64,000 nt of DNA from Escherichia coli (GTDB lineage: Bacteria > Pseudomonadota > Gammaproteobacteria > Enterobacterales > Enterobacteriaceae). The stretch is from NCBI RefSeq assembly GCF_011045215.1, contig NZ_CP049202.1, one strand, 5' to 3'. Of the stretch, positions 19,060-29,645 are shown one piece after another (position 1 is the stretch's first letter; every line of letters starts with the position of its first letter). A model generated the notes under the pieces. The model made no database searches and was not told where the DNA came from. It saw nothing but the letters and a program-made list of their open reading frames with translations. Made by a program: the position numbers and the translations under genes.

Positions 19060-21902
19060 AATGGTCCCTTCAGTTGATTCTTTTTCTCATCAATCATTTT
19101 TTTCACAGTCTCTTCTGATGGCTCAGGTATTATCTTTTGACTTTCTCGCTCTTCATTATATTTATTATTCTGAGATAATGCTTCTGTTTTATGGTGATTT
19201 TGTAGTTCAGAATACTGTTTTCTTACAATATTTTCCTCGCCTCGGATGCTGTTCTGAGTATCTCCGATATTACCTCGATATTCTGTGACCATATTATCAA
19301 CCTGATGTTTTACATCATCACGGATATTACTGTCCTGCGTTCTTTGATCAATAATGGCCTGATGCCCCTGATGGTCAGCAATAATATCCTGGCTGCCACC
19401 ACCCGAAGGTACGCTCTCCATTCCTTTACCAATATCGCCACGGGATTCACGCCAGGCATTATCAACACCAGGCTGTATCTGTTCCTGCACAAAAGACCAG
19501 GCCATCGCCCGACGGCGTTCTGCAATCTCCGGCGAACTGGTATTTGTCAGAATAGCTTCGGCATCCTGCGGTGCGTGTTTCATCACATACTGTGCAAACT
19601 GTTGCGACAAATCTTCACTCATCTGCCCACTCATGCTTTCAGTACGGGATGCCATTTCAGCATATTCATGGCTGCGGGTCATATTCGTCGTGTACTGGTC
19701 GTAACTCTGTTTCGCTGAGTTCAGGGCTGCAGACAGCTGGTCCACACGGGAATCGGCATTATTGTCAGTATGGCTGCCGGACTCACTGACTTTGCGACTG
19801 GTAAAGTAATCGCTGGCCTCTTTAAAGTCCTTACTGGCTTTAGCATCGATATCATGTCGAGCATCATGGGTAGCCCTGCTGCCACTACTTGCAGAATGTG
19901 AATCATCATCCGTTCGATCAAGACTTCCCTTAAATCCGCCTCTGACACCAACTCCACCACCAACCCCAAGAATTTTAGGTTTAATCCCCCATTCAGCATG
20001 AGCATCTGCATATCCGCCATACGAGAACTTAGAACCTGTTGATGCCAGTTCCTGAGTCGCCTGCTCATTACTGATATTATGCGCTTTCGCATAGCTTTCC
20101 ACTGCACTGCGCATACGGCTGGCCATCATGGAGTCCTGTGCGCTCATCGTGCTGTCAGCGCCACCGGTGACAGAATCACTGCTCCCCCGGTTAGAACCAA
20201 ACTGACTGAGCGTATTCCAGGCACTGGCAATACTGCTGCTGAACCCATGCAGGGCGCTTTCTGCTCTGTTCGATGCCTCCCGGGCCATTTCCTGTTGTGC
20301 CGCCGCAATCTGACGCGTTGCATTGATACCGACCGGTAAACGGGACATCGCTCCGCTTGCATCCATAACCATATTACCGTCACGGGTCTGTGTGGCGGTT
20401 GCGCCACTGCCGGTCTGGTACATCATCTGACCAAACGACGTGGTGCTGTTGGTGCTCCAGCTGAAGCCGTTCACGTTTTCCGTCTGCATGTTGCCGTAGG
20501 AGTAATTACCGTCAACCACACTGCCTGCTGCACTGGCCGTCGGACTGATAGATGAAGAGGCGAAGTGGCTGTACACACTGGAAAAACCTGCGCCAAGGCC
20601 TTTTACCATCATCCATGACAACGGGGGTATCATGACAGATATATATCCGGCAGTGGACGCCAGGTCGGAGTATTTCAGCTGTATCTGAGAGAGTTCAGAG
20701 AGCACGACCGGTGCACCATTCTGCTTTGCATAGAATGTCATGGCACTGTTCAGAATGGCATACAGCAACGGCCAGGTCTGGAACCACATCAGGGCAAACA
20801 CATAGCCCTTCAGTACAGACAGCGTTAACCTGTTGAAGACCGCCGCCAGTACCAGGAGCGGGAAGATACCAATGGTAATGCCCACCAGAATGGTCTGCAC
20901 CATCGGCAGGTTTCGCATCAGCACATGACCAATGGAGACATGTGCCAGACGCTGTTTCTCCATCGACGAGGTCGTGGCCAGACTGACCAGGCTGGCGGTA
21001 TCACCGTTACGGGCTGCATTACTGGTGATACCCTCTTTCAGGGCATTCATGGTGACGTTCTGGCGCATAATATGGCTGGCAGACTGGCTGGAGCCGTAGA
21101 AATAACTGTAACTGTCACTCACCAGTTGCCTGAATAACAGGTCCGGGTCCGGTCTGCCGCCAAATATCTGCTGGACATAATAATGCCAGGTCTTGCCTCC
21201 GGTATTCGTATCAAAATTCAGCTTATCCTTCAGTCCGACGGATGCGTCCTTACAGGACACAAACGGCTCTGAACTGTGCAGAAAACTGTAATTATTATTC
21301 GGCACCTGACGTAAAGGGCTGGGCTGAGAAAAGATTATGGTGTACGGGTCAGAGGAGGCCATCAGGTCTTCCAGCGTGTATTTGTGATTCAGGTAAATAT
21401 CACCCAGCACGCAGTTCTGGACGTAGTCCTGAAACAGATTGATGATTTCCGGATTCCGGGACAGAAAATCGGTGCTTTTCACAATCAGGTTCGCCCCGAA
21501 CAGCATGCCTGTCTTGCTGTAGGTGGCGCTGTCAGGCTGAGCGAACACCATCTCATAGCCGGCCACCATTGCATGCCCGATACGGGTCGTCAGTGAAAGT
21601 GGCATCGCCAGTCCGACCGGCACATTATCCACCCGATGGACTTTGACCAGGTCACTGTTATCAATAATCTGCACCGACGTGCGGACATTAACCAGCAGGC
21701 TGATAAGCACAAACACGGCCACCCAGCCCAGCAAATCCATCACGTTGTGCCGCTGTACCCATATCACGGCCACCGCGAGAACAGACAATGTGAGCGCAAT
21801 TTTTTCAATGGAATCCCACGTCCTGGTTCCCATAAAGGCGGCAATGGCGTTCAGGTTATTCCGCAACCATTCACCACCGGCAATCACATAAACTTCATTC
21901 AC
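19056..21902 (-). CDS. traG: TraG mating-pair stabilisation / entry-exclusion protein
   Basis: 948 aa with N-terminal polytopic membrane domain; position and size as F TraG. Confidence 0.9.
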   Translation of the reverse strand: MNEVYVIAGGEWLRNNLNAIAAFMGTRTWDSIEKIALTLSVLAVAVIWVQRHNVMDLLGWVAVFVLISLLVNVRTSVQIIDNSDLVKVHRVDNVPVGLAMPLSLTTRIGHAMVAGYEMVFAQPDSATYSKTGMLFGANLIVKSTDFLSRNPEIINLFQDYVQNCVLGDIYLNHKYTLEDLMASSDPYTIIFSQPSPLRQVPNNNYSFLHSSEPFVSCKDASVGLKDKLNFDTNTGGKTWHYYVQQIFGGRPDPDLLFRQLVSDSYSYFYGSSQSASHIMRQNVTMNALKEGITSNAARNGDTASLVSLATTSSMEKQRLAHVSIGHVLMRNLPMVQTILVGITIGIFPLLVLAAVFNRLTLSVLKGYVFALMWFQTWPLLYAILNSAMTFYAKQNGAPVVLSELSQIQLKYSDLASTAGYISVMIPPLSWMMVKGLGAGFSSVYSHFASSSISPTASAAGSVVDGNYSYGNMQTENVNGFSWSTNSTTSFGQMMYQTGSGATATQTRDGNMVMDASGAMSRLPVGINATRQIAAAQQEMAREASNRAESALHGFSSSIASAWNTLSQFGSNRGSSDSVTGGADSTMSAQDSMMASRMRSAVESYAKAHNISNEQATQELASTGSKFSYGGYADAHAEWGIKPKILGVGGGVGVRGGFKGSLDRTDDDSHSASSGSRATHDARHDIDAKASKDFKEASDYFTSRKVSESGSHTDNNADSRVDQLSAALNSAKQSYDQYTTNMTRSHEYAEMASRTESMSGQMSEDLSQQFAQYVMKHAPQDAEAILTNTSSPEIAERRRAMAWSFVQEQIQPGVDNAWRESRGDIGKGMESVPSGGGSQDIIADHQGHQAIIDQRTQDSNIRDDVKHQVDNMVTEYRGNIGDTQNSIRGEENIVRKQYSELQNHHKTEALSQNNKYNEERESQKIIPEPSEETVKKMIDEKKNQLKGPL

Positions 21903-23275
21903 AGCGTGCTCCCTCCGAAGTGATAGTTGTTCTGGTAACGACTGAGCATGCGGGCGGAAAGCTGCTGACGCATATAGCTCATCTGACGATCGACAACCAG
22001 CAGCGCATCCTGCTGTACCTGCACCTGTGACTGAAACGCCGCAATCTGCCGGGTGGCATCATTCATGTTGTCGTTAATATGCTCGATAACCGCTTCGTCA
22101 TAATTTCCCGTGGCCACCATCGCCCGGGCCTGCTGTATCAGCTCCTGAATGTACTGCAGCAGGATGTCGTAACCGATATAGTCCGTCAGCTGGTAAATCA
22201 TGCTGTTGGAAACACCGAGCATCTGCGGGTCAACCAGGTATTTGAAGACGGGGATGGTGGTACTGGAAATAAAGCCTTTTTCCTTGTCATCCAGAGGTGT
22301 GTCACTGACCGCCTTGTTCTGAATGCTGGCCAGAAGTTTAGTAATCTGAGACTTCAGTGCATTATCCCGGCTGATGGTCACCGGTGTGTCAGCCACCACT
22401 TTCAGGCATTTATCAGAATCGTTGCAGTGATAAATTTTTGCTGTGCCGCCTTCCATCATGGCCCGGATAATTGAGCGGTCAGTGGTTCTGGCCGACAGCG
22501 GTGTGATTTCGCCGTTGGGACCAAACACCAGTGAGCCGGTCAGCGTCATCACAAACTCTTTCAGCTCTTTGTTGCCGTCAAACATTCTGTTTTTGGAAAG
22601 CGCATTCCACATGATGTTGATGTTTTTGGTCACCCGCTCCTTATCCTTGTCGCCGGCTTTATCCCTGACGCTGTCAGATTTCCCGCCAACGGTACATCCC
22701 TGCCGGGAAGCCGCCCAGTCAGCAAAAATATTGCTCTCACCGGCAATGTCCTGACAGACTTTCTGCTGGGACACCTGCGTCCGGGGGAAAAGCCCGCCGA
22801 TAATCCCCTGTGCAGCCTGGCAGGAACTGAGGTTCATACTGTTAATGTCGCTTGCCATTTTCTGCAGGAAGTCTTTTGCAGTTTTGATTTCCGGCACCGT
22901 TGTCTGCAGGGCAAGGTCAAAAAAGTAACCGGCAGCATTGCTCATAATCTGCTTAACAAAACGCTGCAACTGCTCACCATTGATGTAACTGAACGAACCG
23001 AGATAGGCGTCAATGCCGCCACATCCGGCATTGATATCCGGCAGCGTCATGGAAATCAGCTGAACATTTTTGACCTGAGTACGGGCATACAGGGAGCCAC
23101 CGTAAGCATAGCCGGCGGCCTGCCCCTGCCAGACGCCCGGCTGTGTGGTATTGGAAGCAAACCCCAGCTTGTTAAAGAACTGATTCATGTCGCTGTTCAC
23201 ATCCGCTGACGCTGCGGGTGTGACCGTCAGTAAAGCGGCACAAAGAACCAGAAGAGGTTTAATGCGTGGCATCAT
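21899..23275 (-). CDS. traH: TraH pilus assembly protein
   Basis: 458 aa with signal peptide, same size as F TraH. Confidence 0.9.
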   Translation of the reverse strand: MMPRIKPLLVLCAALLTVTPAASADVNSDMNQFFNKLGFASNTTQPGVWQGQAAGYAYGGSLYARTQVKNVQLISMTLPDINAGCGGIDAYLGSFSYINGEQLQRFVKQIMSNAAGYFFDLALQTTVPEIKTAKDFLQKMASDINSMNLSSCQAAQGIIGGLFPRTQVSQQKVCQDIAGESNIFADWAASRQGCTVGGKSDSVRDKAGDKDKERVTKNINIMWNALSKNRMFDGNKELKEFVMTLTGSLVFGPNGEITPLSARTTDRSIIRAMMEGGTAKIYHCNDSDKCLKVVADTPVTISRDNALKSQITKLLASIQNKAVSDTPLDDKEKGFISSTTIPVFKYLVDPQMLGVSNSMIYQLTDYIGYDILLQYIQELIQQARAMVATGNYDEAVIEHINDNMNDATRQIAAFQSQVQVQQDALLVVDRQMSYMRQQLSARMLSRYQNNYHFGGSTL

Positions 23276-23684
23276 TCTCGCCCTCCCTTAATTTGTTCTC
23301 CCGGCGCATACGGCGTTTCAGCAGGAATATCCGGACACCCCCGAATATTATTTCGCACAACGGCAACAGAGAAGCCGCAGCAAGAAAACCAGCTGCAAGC
23401 GCATATAACATAATCGGAATGACATACATCAGGATGTTCCACATATAACGAAAATTATTTAATTCCGGGTCAGCTTTCCACGAATCAATACCGGCACTGA
23501 AAAAATCATGCATAACGTTCCTTACAATCAATCCGGCAACAAAGAAAACCACAAAAAGCCAGAAATATTTTTTTGCATTATCACAGCTGCGCTCAATACC
23601 CCGCTTAATTTTTCTGATTTTGAATTCCTGATTCTTTTTGTTTTCTTTCATTATAAGTTTCCTCTGATATTTCTGATAATTCAT
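23259..23684 (-). CDS. trbF: TrbF-like small membrane protein
   Basis: position upstream of traH; hydrophobic; assignment by synteny. Confidence 0.45.
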   Translation of the reverse strand: MNYQKYQRKLIMKENKKNQEFKIRKIKRGIERSCDNAKKYFWLFVVFFVAGLIVRNVMHDFFSAGIDSWKADPELNNFRYMWNILMYVIPIMLYALAAGFLAAASLLPLCEIIFGGVRIFLLKRRMRRENKLREGENDATH

Positions 23685-23901
23685 TCAGACCGGTCATGCG
23701 GCTGTAATATATTTCAGACACCGAAATCCATCCCACAATTGCCCCCACAAAAAACACAACAGAAACAGAAAAGGTAAGACACAGCGAAACGACAATTTCT
23801 ACAGGGCTGGCGGGATAAAAAAGCCCCTGACGGATAAAGGGGATATTCAGGCTGACGATTATTCCTGTCGCGATGCCGGATATTCCGGCAATGAGTAACA
23901 T
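23605..23901 (-). CDS. trbJ: TrbJ-like small membrane protein
   Basis: about 98 aa from an internal start; position between trbB and trbF. Confidence 0.4.
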   Translation of the reverse strand: MLLIAGISGIATGIIVSLNIPFIRQGLFYPASPVEIVVSLCLTFSVSVVFFVGAIVGWISVSEIYYSRMTGLNELSEISEETYNERKQKESGIQNQKN

Positions 23902-23908
23902 CACCTGC

Positions 23909-24454
23909 TTATTTCGCACCTTTTTTCCCTCCGTACATCTGCAGAACGGTATCCATCCGCGCCATAAAACCAGCGGCATCCGTTGCCCCCTGTAAAAGCG
24001 GTAATGCCTCAAGCGTGTTGACGTTGACCAGGAAGGTGGTCGGTGTGGCCACCGGGATATTCGGGAAGAAGGTCTGCATTACGTCAGGTGGTGCCGGTAA
24101 TGCCTCCGGAAAAGCCGAATCCCCCTGACCATCCAGGGTGTAGGGAAAAACGGAAAAACCGTACTGTTGTGCCAGCTGTTTCAGCACCGGGTCAAACTGG
24201 TGACAGTAAGGGCAATGTCCCTGCATAAACAGCACCACCTTCCAGTCGGCCAGGTTAACCTGCCTGCCGTTGCTGAGGCGGAACCAGCGGGGAGCCGTTT
24301 TTTCTGTTCTGGCTGACGTACCTGCTGCTGGTTGTGCTGGCTGCGCGGCCATACCCTGCGGATTCCAGAGTCGTTCAATTTCATCCCGGGTGGAGGCCCG
24401 CACACCTGTGGCCATTATCAACAGAATGACCGGCAGTAATTTAGTGAGAGACAT
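23909..24454 (-). CDS. trbB: TrbB periplasmic thiol-disulfide isomerase
   Basis: 181 aa, signal peptide, CPYC thioredoxin-fold motif. Confidence 0.8.
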   Translation of the reverse strand: MSLTKLLPVILLIMATGVRASTRDEIERLWNPQGMAAQPAQPAAGTSARTEKTAPRWFRLSNGRQVNLADWKVVLFMQGHCPYCHQFDPVLKQLAQQYGFSVFPYTLDGQGDSAFPEALPAPPDVMQTFFPNIPVATPTTFLVNVNTLEALPLLQGATDAAGFMARMDTVLQMYGGKKGAK

Positions 24455-24725
24455 GTCCGCCCTCCTGCTGCCCTTCCATCATGGCCTGTTGCCTGGCTTC
24501 CAGTGCCTCACGCTCTTCCCGGCTGACACGTGCAATCCATGCATCCAGCACCTGGTATGCGCCGAACAACACAAGGATGGCCGCAATCAACTCCGCCAGA
24601 AAAAAAGCCATCCAGGGTTTGCTGTAAACAAGACGGGCGACGATATGAAACCAGACACCCAGGGAAAATACCCACATTCCCGTAATATCAAGCCGGGGTA
24701 AAGAGAATCTGCGTTTACCTATCAT
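24441..24725 (-). CDS. traQ: TraQ pilin chaperone
   Basis: 94-aa membrane ORF at the conserved position. Confidence 0.7.
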   Translation of the reverse strand: MIGKRRFSLPRLDITGMWVFSLGVWFHIVARLVYSKPWMAFFLAELIAAILVLFGAYQVLDAWIARVSREEREALEARQQAMMEGQQEGGHVSH

Positions 24726-24805
24726 GTTAAACTCCGGTTATTATTTACATGAGAGTATTTATGTCTGTAATATTCGCGTTTGTGTGATATTAATCAGAGG
24801 TACAA

Positions 24806-25120
24806 ATGGAAAAGCGATCTTTTAAAGAAAAACTGGAAATAATCAGAAACATAATAAGAGAGTCGTTACTGGGAAATGCGGCAATTATTGCGCTGATATA
24901 TGCAGCATCACATTCATTACCGGTCAATGCCTTCCCTGACTATCTTGTAATAAGTTTATTAAGTATCGCAGCAGGCATCGTTGTATTATGGTTATTTTCA
25001 ATTATCTATATTTATTTTTGTGAGCTATTCAGAAGCCACTGGATTGCGGTATGGTTTATCATATGGTCTTCAGTAATCAACCTCATTATTTTGTATGGTT
25101 TTTATGACCGTTTTATATGA
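24806..25120 (+). CDS. artA: ArtA-like ORF, antisense to the tra operon
   Basis: 104-aa hydrophobic ORF on the opposite strand between traQ and trbA, as in F. Confidence 0.45.
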   Translation: MEKRSFKEKLEIIRNIIRESLLGNAAIIALIYAASHSLPVNAFPDYLVISLLSIAAGIVVLWLFSIIYIYFCELFRSHWIAVWFIIWSSVINLIILYGFYDRFI

Positions 25121-25121
25121 C

Positions 25122-25469
25122 TTAGCCTGTCATAAGCCCCCTTATAAAAAACCACATCACTCCGGACCATACCGATGACAACATAATACAGATAAATATT
25201 CTTCTGAACCTGTCGAAGCTCGTAACGTCCGGTAATGCGGCCGCAACTATTGAAACAACCATTGCTGCGCCCTGATTCATAATTGCACCACACAGAAACC
25301 AGAGACTGGCGGTAAGCACATATAAACACGCAATATTAATAACAAGGAAAACCAGTGAGCTCAGGAGAAACATTTTCCTGTCATTACGCTCAGAAAAGAA
25401 ATAACCGGCAATAATGACAAATATTAACAGAACAACACCTGTAAACATTTTCAAATAATCTTCACTCAT
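25122..25469 (-). CDS. trbA: TrbA-like membrane protein
   Basis: 115-aa hydrophobic ORF between traF and artA. Confidence 0.5.
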   Translation of the reverse strand: MSEDYLKMFTGVVLLIFVIIAGYFFSERNDRKMFLLSSLVFLVINIACLYVLTASLWFLCGAIMNQGAAMVVSIVAAALPDVTSFDRFRRIFICIMLSSVWSGVMWFFIRGLMTG

Positions 25470-25484
25470 AAATCAAATCCGCGA

Positions 25485-26258
25485 TTAAAAATTGGGTTTA
25501 AAATCTTCAGAAACGTTCAGGAACTGTTTTGCCAGGTCGTCCTGCGAAATAAAGCCGTATGATAACGGGCGAACACTGCCCTGTTTCGGGTCAACCAGCA
25601 TCATGGCCGGGAAATATTTCACGCCGAGGCGCTGCGCCTGCCCCTGGTCAGTCCGGGAATCCGGCAACAGCGGATTAATCACGCCATCCACGGAAACGGG
25701 AATAACACTCAGACCATACGTATCCCGGAAGCCATTAATGACCTGCGCCAGCTGCCCGTCGATAGGGTCCTGACCCCGGTAAAAAAACATGATGCCGTAA
25801 TGCTCTGCCAGTCTGGCAATAGCCTGTCGCTGCTGCGCCTGGTCTGCCGCCAGCTGGTTCCGGACCGTGCCGTTGTAATGGCTGTACTGCAGGTTATAGT
25901 CCAGTTCGGGATGCGCCAGCATGGCCTTTCTGGCGCTCATGGTGAAAAGCCCGGCCTGCTGAGTCCAGTAATTCTGCAGCCGGAAATATTTCACAAAATT
26001 ATCCACGCCGGGATACAGAATGGCTTCGTACAGCGCCCGCTTTGTTGCCGTCTGCAGCGCGGCCAGTTTCTGCATAATATCCGGCTCCTGACGGGGGGCT
26101 GCAGGTACAGGTTTATTTTCTTTTTCCTTTGGACTTATTTTCTCGTTATACCACTGCCAGCCTGCATCTTTCCCTGACGCCGGAAAAATAAAGCAGCAGA
26201 GTAACAGTGGCAGTAATGCTTTATTCATCTTCATTCCTTTCATCATTTTTTCTTTCAT
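25485..26258 (-). CDS. traF: TraF thioredoxin-like pilus assembly protein
   Basis: 257 aa with signal peptide; synteny and recalled similarity. Confidence 0.85.
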   Translation of the reverse strand: MKEKMMKGMKMNKALLPLLLCCFIFPASGKDAGWQWYNEKISPKEKENKPVPAAPRQEPDIMQKLAALQTATKRALYEAILYPGVDNFVKYFRLQNYWTQQAGLFTMSARKAMLAHPELDYNLQYSHYNGTVRNQLAADQAQQRQAIARLAEHYGIMFFYRGQDPIDGQLAQVINGFRDTYGLSVIPVSVDGVINPLLPDSRTDQGQAQRLGVKYFPAMMLVDPKQGSVRPLSYGFISQDDLAKQFLNVSEDFKPNF

Positions 26259-26481
26259 CAGCTTTCTGCAGGCCAGTCAGGGCAGAAAAACAAAAATACA
26301 GAATAAACAGGAGCACACCGGAGTAAAGGATAACGAAAGCAGCGGCAAGCATCCCGTCTGCCGTGGTTTCTTTTACCGTATCCCACGACCAGATAATTAC
26401 CGGGGAAATGACAATCGCTGTAATCAAAAGCCGGATAAGAAAATCAATAAAACGGTTCGACGTGAATATGACTTTCATCAT
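26221..26481 (-). CDS. trbE: TrbE-like small membrane protein
   Basis: 86-aa hydrophobic ORF between traN and traF. Confidence 0.5.
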   Translation of the reverse strand: MMKVIFTSNRFIDFLIRLLITAIVISPVIIWSWDTVKETTADGMLAAAFVILYSGVLLFILYFCFSALTGLQKADERKNDERNEDE

Positions 26482-26504
26482 TTTCCCCGGTTATTTTCCA
26501 TACC

Positions 26505-28379
26505 TTACAGTCCTGCCTGTTTCAGCTGGTCAGCAATCTGCTCTTTCACTTTCTGCGTCAGAACACCACTGTCCGGGATTTTCTGGTTATTCATCAGGTC
26601 TTCGTAGAAGTTAGTGAAATCCAGTCTGTCGAACTGAATTTTCTGCAGCTCATCAACCGTAATCCCCCGACAGTCAGGATGCTTCGCACTGCCAAAACTG
26701 ATACGCAACTGACCGTTGCGCCCCTGCTGCTGGACTATCTGCGCCAGCTTCGAATCAAACTGACAGTAGCTGCGTTTTTTCTCCAGACAGACGCCCAGCA
26801 CTTTCTTCGAACAGAACTCCCCGACGCTGACGGTCAGTTTGTTTGATTTTTCTTTAGCCAGGGCTTTTTCATCACTGCTGCATTTGGCCAGCCCGATATC
26901 CTGTCCCCAGCCGCTGTCCTTACAGCAGTTGCTGTATCCGGCTGCTGCCTTCTTACAAAATTTCGCCTGACCGGTGAAAGCACGGACATCCACCCCGTTC
27001 AGCGCCGCAATATCCTTACCTGCAGCGGCCAGTGCCGCCAGCTGAGAAACAGCTTCGGCAAAATCATTACTCTGCCCGCTCTGAGCCTTATCGCATTCGC
27101 CATCGAGACAGAAGACGTCTCCCCCACAGAGCATCACTTTCCCGGATGTTTTTGACTCACAGGAGTACGTGGCATATTCATGCAGACAGGCACCTTCTTC
27201 GGAGTAAAAGGCGCACTGGTGTGACACCAGGGTACAGGCTGGATTGTCGGTGTAGGTCTGACAGGTTCCCTTGTCTGCTGACTGTGTGACATACGTGTCC
27301 CGGTATGCCCAGCAGCTCTGGTACATGCTGTATGACTGACCGTCTTTCACCAGCGTCCTGTTCCCGCCAGCCTCCGTACATTCTGTTTTTGTCAGTTTCC
27401 CCAGCTCCTTGCTGAACGGGCAGCTTTCAGACCAGACAACATACGGGGTGTACGAGGCTTTTTTTACCCTGACAACCAGACGCAGCTTCATTGCCGTATG
27501 ACGTTTGAATTTTGTATTCCCGACCCGGACGGGGTGAGATGACGTAAAAGCCACACCGGCAGTCAGTGTTTTCTGTACTGGTGTAAATGAGGCATCTGCT
27601 GAGTATTTGGCATTCCAGCTCAGTGGGGTTCCCAGTACTGTAATTGTCATAGGTACACTCTTCTGCAGGTAAGTACGACTCCAGCTGTAATGCGCATCGA
27701 CAATTTCACCGGTAACGGGAGAGGTAATGGAGACAACATACTGACCATTCACTTCACGTGCAGGTAGCTGACTCATTTCATACTCCAGCGTCCGGGTTTC
27801 CCATGTGGTACTCCCCTGCAGCTCCATACGGGCAGTTCGTGTGCAGTACTGCTCCACCTGTAAATCCCTCTCACAGGTATAATTCGTGTATTCACTCCGG
27901 CTAATCTCCTGCGCACTGCACTGCTGCCCGGTGTTTCCCACAATGCTGTCAGCCCGGTTCACCACATCCCTGTCGGTCTGGATAAACGGTGCATCCGGTG
28001 AAAGAATGTCTTTCGGCTTGTTCATGAATGACTCTGTGATGGTTTTTCCGGTTTCACCGGTCGCCCATTCCGTGGTGCCGTCATTTTTCAGGCCGCCATC
28101 CCCGCCGGCAGTCACGCCACCGTAATATTTTGTCTCGTCCGGATTCGCGTTATAGCCGGGGATACTCTCCTGTGGCTTAAAGCCCTGAATACTGCTGCTT
28201 CCCTGTCCTTTGATCTGGTGAGCAAAATCAGAGCCGGCCCGGTAATCACTGTTGCTGTCAGCAAACACAGAAAAGCTCAGGAAAAAAACAATTGCACAAA
28301 GATTGCACGGCTTTACGGAATAATTAAAATTCAGAGATCTGAAAAAGGTATTTATCTTTTCTTTCATAACCTGAACCAT
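26505..28379 (-). CDS. traN: TraN outer-membrane mating-pair stabilisation protein
   Basis: 624 aa, signal peptide, cysteine-rich C-terminal half. Confidence 0.85.
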   Translation of the reverse strand: MVQVMKEKINTFFRSLNFNYSVKPCNLCAIVFFLSFSVFADSNSDYRAGSDFAHQIKGQGSSSIQGFKPQESIPGYNANPDETKYYGGVTAGGDGGLKNDGTTEWATGETGKTITESFMNKPKDILSPDAPFIQTDRDVVNRADSIVGNTGQQCSAQEISRSEYTNYTCERDLQVEQYCTRTARMELQGSTTWETRTLEYEMSQLPAREVNGQYVVSITSPVTGEIVDAHYSWSRTYLQKSVPMTITVLGTPLSWNAKYSADASFTPVQKTLTAGVAFTSSHPVRVGNTKFKRHTAMKLRLVVRVKKASYTPYVVWSESCPFSKELGKLTKTECTEAGGNRTLVKDGQSYSMYQSCWAYRDTYVTQSADKGTCQTYTDNPACTLVSHQCAFYSEEGACLHEYATYSCESKTSGKVMLCGGDVFCLDGECDKAQSGQSNDFAEAVSQLAALAAAGKDIAALNGVDVRAFTGQAKFCKKAAAGYSNCCKDSGWGQDIGLAKCSSDEKALAKEKSNKLTVSVGEFCSKKVLGVCLEKKRSYCQFDSKLAQIVQQQGRNGQLRISFGSAKHPDCRGITVDELQKIQFDRLDFTNFYEDLMNNQKIPDSGVLTQKVKEQIADQLKQAGL

Positions 28380-28392
28380 ACTGGAGAATGAA

Positions 28393-28614
28393 GTGATGTC
28401 ATCTCAACTTCAGAACTGTGTTGATTGTGGTAAAGCATTAAGTCGAACAGCCACAACGTGCGGGAATTGCAGCTCAACGGACCCTTTTGGAAAAAAACGG
28501 CGCAGTGATCGCTTTTACCAGTGGTTTGTAGGGCTGTTTATTACGGCTATTATTATTGCTGGCGGATTATGGTACATGGGGCTTCTTGACGTACCGGGAT
28601 TACTACTCAGATAA
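28393..28614 (+). CDS. hypothetical zinc-ribbon plus TM protein, antisense to tra
   Basis: 73 aa; CVDCG...CGNC followed by a hydrophobic helix. Confidence 0.35.
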   Translation: MMSSQLQNCVDCGKALSRTATTCGNCSSTDPFGKKRRSDRFYQWFVGLFITAIIIAGGLWYMGLLDVPGLLLR

Positions 28615-28983
28615 CGACTTCAGTAACGATATCAGTGTTCTGAAATCGGCACATAACGAGTGACGACAATACCGGTTATACCAGTAATGAGGGGTGTCGG
28701 GCTGAAGCCTGAAACAGAGCTGAAACTCACTGTTAAAAGCCCCCTTCACCGACCATCCCCATGCCAGACGTGGTATTGCTGATTCAGCATCCTGCCGCAG
28801 TCGCTGCTCAAGAAGGGCAGCCATTTTTACCGGACAGGCAAAGGCAATATAAGGAGGCAGCTTTGTAACAGGGAAACCATGTCCCTGACAGGAAGCATAT
28901 GTGCGGAAGCCGTGAATGTTCATCGCGGCCACCAGGGCACGGATCTCCGGATCAATCTGATAATACCCGGCAGGTAAAGTCAT
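28603..28983 (-). CDS. hypothetical protein encoded between trbC and traN
   Basis: 126-aa ORF overlapping the trbC stop (tra-operon style coupling). Confidence 0.45.
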   Translation of the reverse strand: MTLPAGYYQIDPEIRALVAAMNIHGFRTYASCQGHGFPVTKLPPYIAFACPVKMAALLEQRLRQDAESAIPRLAWGWSVKGAFNSEFQLCFRLQPDTPHYWYNRYCRHSLCADFRTLISLLKSLSE

Positions 28984-29636
28984 TTTTGTTTATCTCCCGG
29001 GTTATTCAGCAACGCCCGAGCCACCTGCCGGCAGTCCCCCGTGGCGGCCACTTTCTCCAGCGCCTGGCCGACCCGCAGGTTCCCCCGGATAATGTCGTAT
29101 CCCTGACTGCAGAACACCACCAGTGCCGGTACACTGCGAATGCCGTACTGTGAAAACAGCGTCGGGTCGATCTGAACACCATCAGTCGCGCCGTCTTTCA
29201 CCAGGGACAGCACGGCTTCAGCGGTGGTCTTCAGGTCATTGTTCACCATGCCCCGCAGTGTGGCGGGTATACCGTAGTGCCGGGTTTCGCCCAGCATCCG
29301 TTTCAGCCCCTCTTCGGGAATGGAAAACGACACAAAATACAGGGCACCCTGCCGGGGTTTCCCGTCCTGCGAAGCCTGCTGTTTACGAACCAGCTCATCC
29401 AGAAAATGGTTATCTGAACGCTGAAGGGGGTTTTCCAGCACCAGTTTCTCCGCCCAGGCCTTCAGCTGATGGTCAGGTTTTTCACGCAGTTGTCTGCTTA
29501 AATTTTCCTGCTGCTTCAGGAACTGGCGGTTTTCAGGAGTGTTCACATTTTCTGAGGCATGAACAGTGATATGCATCCCTGCAGTCAGGGCAAAAAGCGC
29601 AAATATTTTCCAGTTCATGATATATCCTGATGGCAT
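28980..29636 (-). CDS. trbC: TrbC periplasmic pilus assembly protein
   Basis: 218 aa with signal peptide; size and position as F TrbC. Confidence 0.8.
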   Translation of the reverse strand: MPSGYIMNWKIFALFALTAGMHITVHASENVNTPENRQFLKQQENLSRQLREKPDHQLKAWAEKLVLENPLQRSDNHFLDELVRKQQASQDGKPRQGALYFVSFSIPEEGLKRMLGETRHYGIPATLRGMVNNDLKTTAEAVLSLVKDGATDGVQIDPTLFSQYGIRSVPALVVFCSQGYDIIRGNLRVGQALEKVAATGDCRQVARALLNNPGDKQK

Positions 29637-29645
29637 TATTACAAT

